Notes under the pieces: model-generated
Told to the model about the DNA's origin: nothing
The model's input: only the letters and a program-made list of their open reading frames with translations
Database searches by the model: none
Shown: one piece after another, positions 62,890 through 64,000 of the stretch
Layout of the letters: each line of letters opens with the position of its first letter
Numbering within the stretch: the first letter of the stretch is position 1
Assembly: GCA_010909165.1 (NCBI GenBank)
Contig: VJWM01000007.1
Location: forward strand, 1-64,000
Direction: 5' to 3'
From: Anthoceros angustus
Lineage: Eukaryota > Plantae > Anthocerotophyta
DNA length: 64,000 nucleotides
Position numbers and translations under genes: made by a program

Positions 62890-63455
62890 TGCTCAACGGC
62901 GTTTCTCTCGAGGCTGATTTGTTTTTGACTTAGAGGGACCAGTTTTTTTTGTTGCTGATGTGGTTGTAACAGACCCTGCACGGGACAATATCTGCGAGCA
63001 TGTTATCCTTAACCCCTCAGGATGGGCGAAGGAAAGATGGGCAGCGAAGATCCGCAAGTACTCTTACATGCAGGATGGCTACGCCTTCATTCCCTTGCCA
63101 TCGAGACTTACAAAACCATGAGCAAGGATTTTTCCAGATTCGTCAAGGCCTGTACCAAAGCTGACCACTCTCGCAAAAATGGGGTTGGTCTTCCCCTTTC
63201 AGCAGGTACCCATTGCCTTGCAGAGGACGTTGGCGAACGCGCTGTGCAAGATGACAGGAAGCGCAGGGAATGCTGTGTCGAAGGGTGGTAGGTAGGCACA
63301 AAATCCCGGACCACAAAATTATGGGAGCAGTCGGTAAGTTCAAGAGGAGCGATTGCGGGGCTAGTCCCCTAGTTGCTCCCCTTTTCCTCGGGCAGAATCT
63401 CTCTTTTCTCGGAAAGTCTCCAGGACGCCTTTCCTTATTCATATGCTTCAGGGGA
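62890..63455 (+). mobile_element. 3' fragment of a non-LTR retrotransposon with a restriction-like endonuclease (CRE/R2-like)
   Basis: ADLFL...VADVVVTDP, then AAKIRKYSYMQDGYAFIP(L)AIETYKTMSKDFSRFVKAC, matching the REL-endonuclease pattern D...DV...K..KY...FxPLAxETxG. Confidence 0.55.
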
Positions 63456-63623
63456 CAGCGTTATTTCGTTATTTTGCCGGTGTCAGCGTTATTTCGTTAT
63501 TTTGCCGGTGTCAGCGTTATTTCGTTATTTTGCCGGTGTCAGCGTTATTTCGTTATTTTGCCGGTGTCAGCGTTATTTCGTTATTTTGCCGGTGTCAGCG
63601 TTATTTTGATATTTTGCCGGCGT
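63456..63623. repeat. 28-bp tandem repeat, 6 copies
   Basis: cagcgttatttcgttattttgccggtgt at 63456, 63484, 63512, 63540 and 63568, plus a variant at 63596. Confidence 0.95.
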
Positions 63624-64000
63624 CGGACTCCCACTCAAGGTTACCAGTAATACCTCATTAAGTTGCCTGCTAAGGAAACGCTTAGTTTGCATTGGATGAT
63701 ACAGTTCTCTGCGAAGTCTTTCAGAAAGTGGAGATGCGCAACCGACTCACAGCACCAGACCCCAGGAGGGCGAGGAACCGATAGGAATCGCCCACTATAT
63801 GCAATCATTTCTCATATAAATATGTGAGTTGGGATCGTACTGCTACCTCCACCAACATGGAAAGGTTTTTTCAGGATTCCTAGGAGCGGATGTTTGGTGG
63901 GTTGCACCTGAGCAAGTCACCAACAATGCCACTTCAAAACTCGCTGGAAGAAGACGATCAAGGTGGACACCACTGCCCAGAAGTAAATGTGTAGAAAAAC

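Overview
Eukaryotic nuclear DNA, most likely from a seed-free land plant (inferred from short GT-AG introns, TRM, FACKEL, PLS-class PPR and Crinkler-like genes). The first ~25 kb is a nest of LTR retrotransposons. The main feature is a Ty3/gypsy element (~5850-22912) whose pol reads protease - DNMT3-like C5-cytosine methyltransferase (motifs I, IV, VI, VIII, IX and X visible) - RT - RNase H - integrase - C-terminal PHD finger, so it carries both a chromatin writer and a chromatin reader. An Athila-like element (7689-16456) is inserted in its gag, a 5S-rRNA-derived segment lies in its leader, and a Ty1/copia fragment follows it. From 26.8 to 49.5 kb is a gene island: FACKEL C14-sterol reductase, a TRM/LONGIFOLIA protein with a 38-aa repeat expansion, a small unknown gene, an AT-rich lipase, an F-box gene and ECO1/CTF7. 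The remainder holds PPR pseudogenes, a Crinkler-like nuclease pseudogene, minisatellites, a probable Helitron helicase remnant with a 1.3-kb tandem duplication, and a CRE/R2-like LINE fragment. Family assignments come from motif recognition by eye; no database searches were run.
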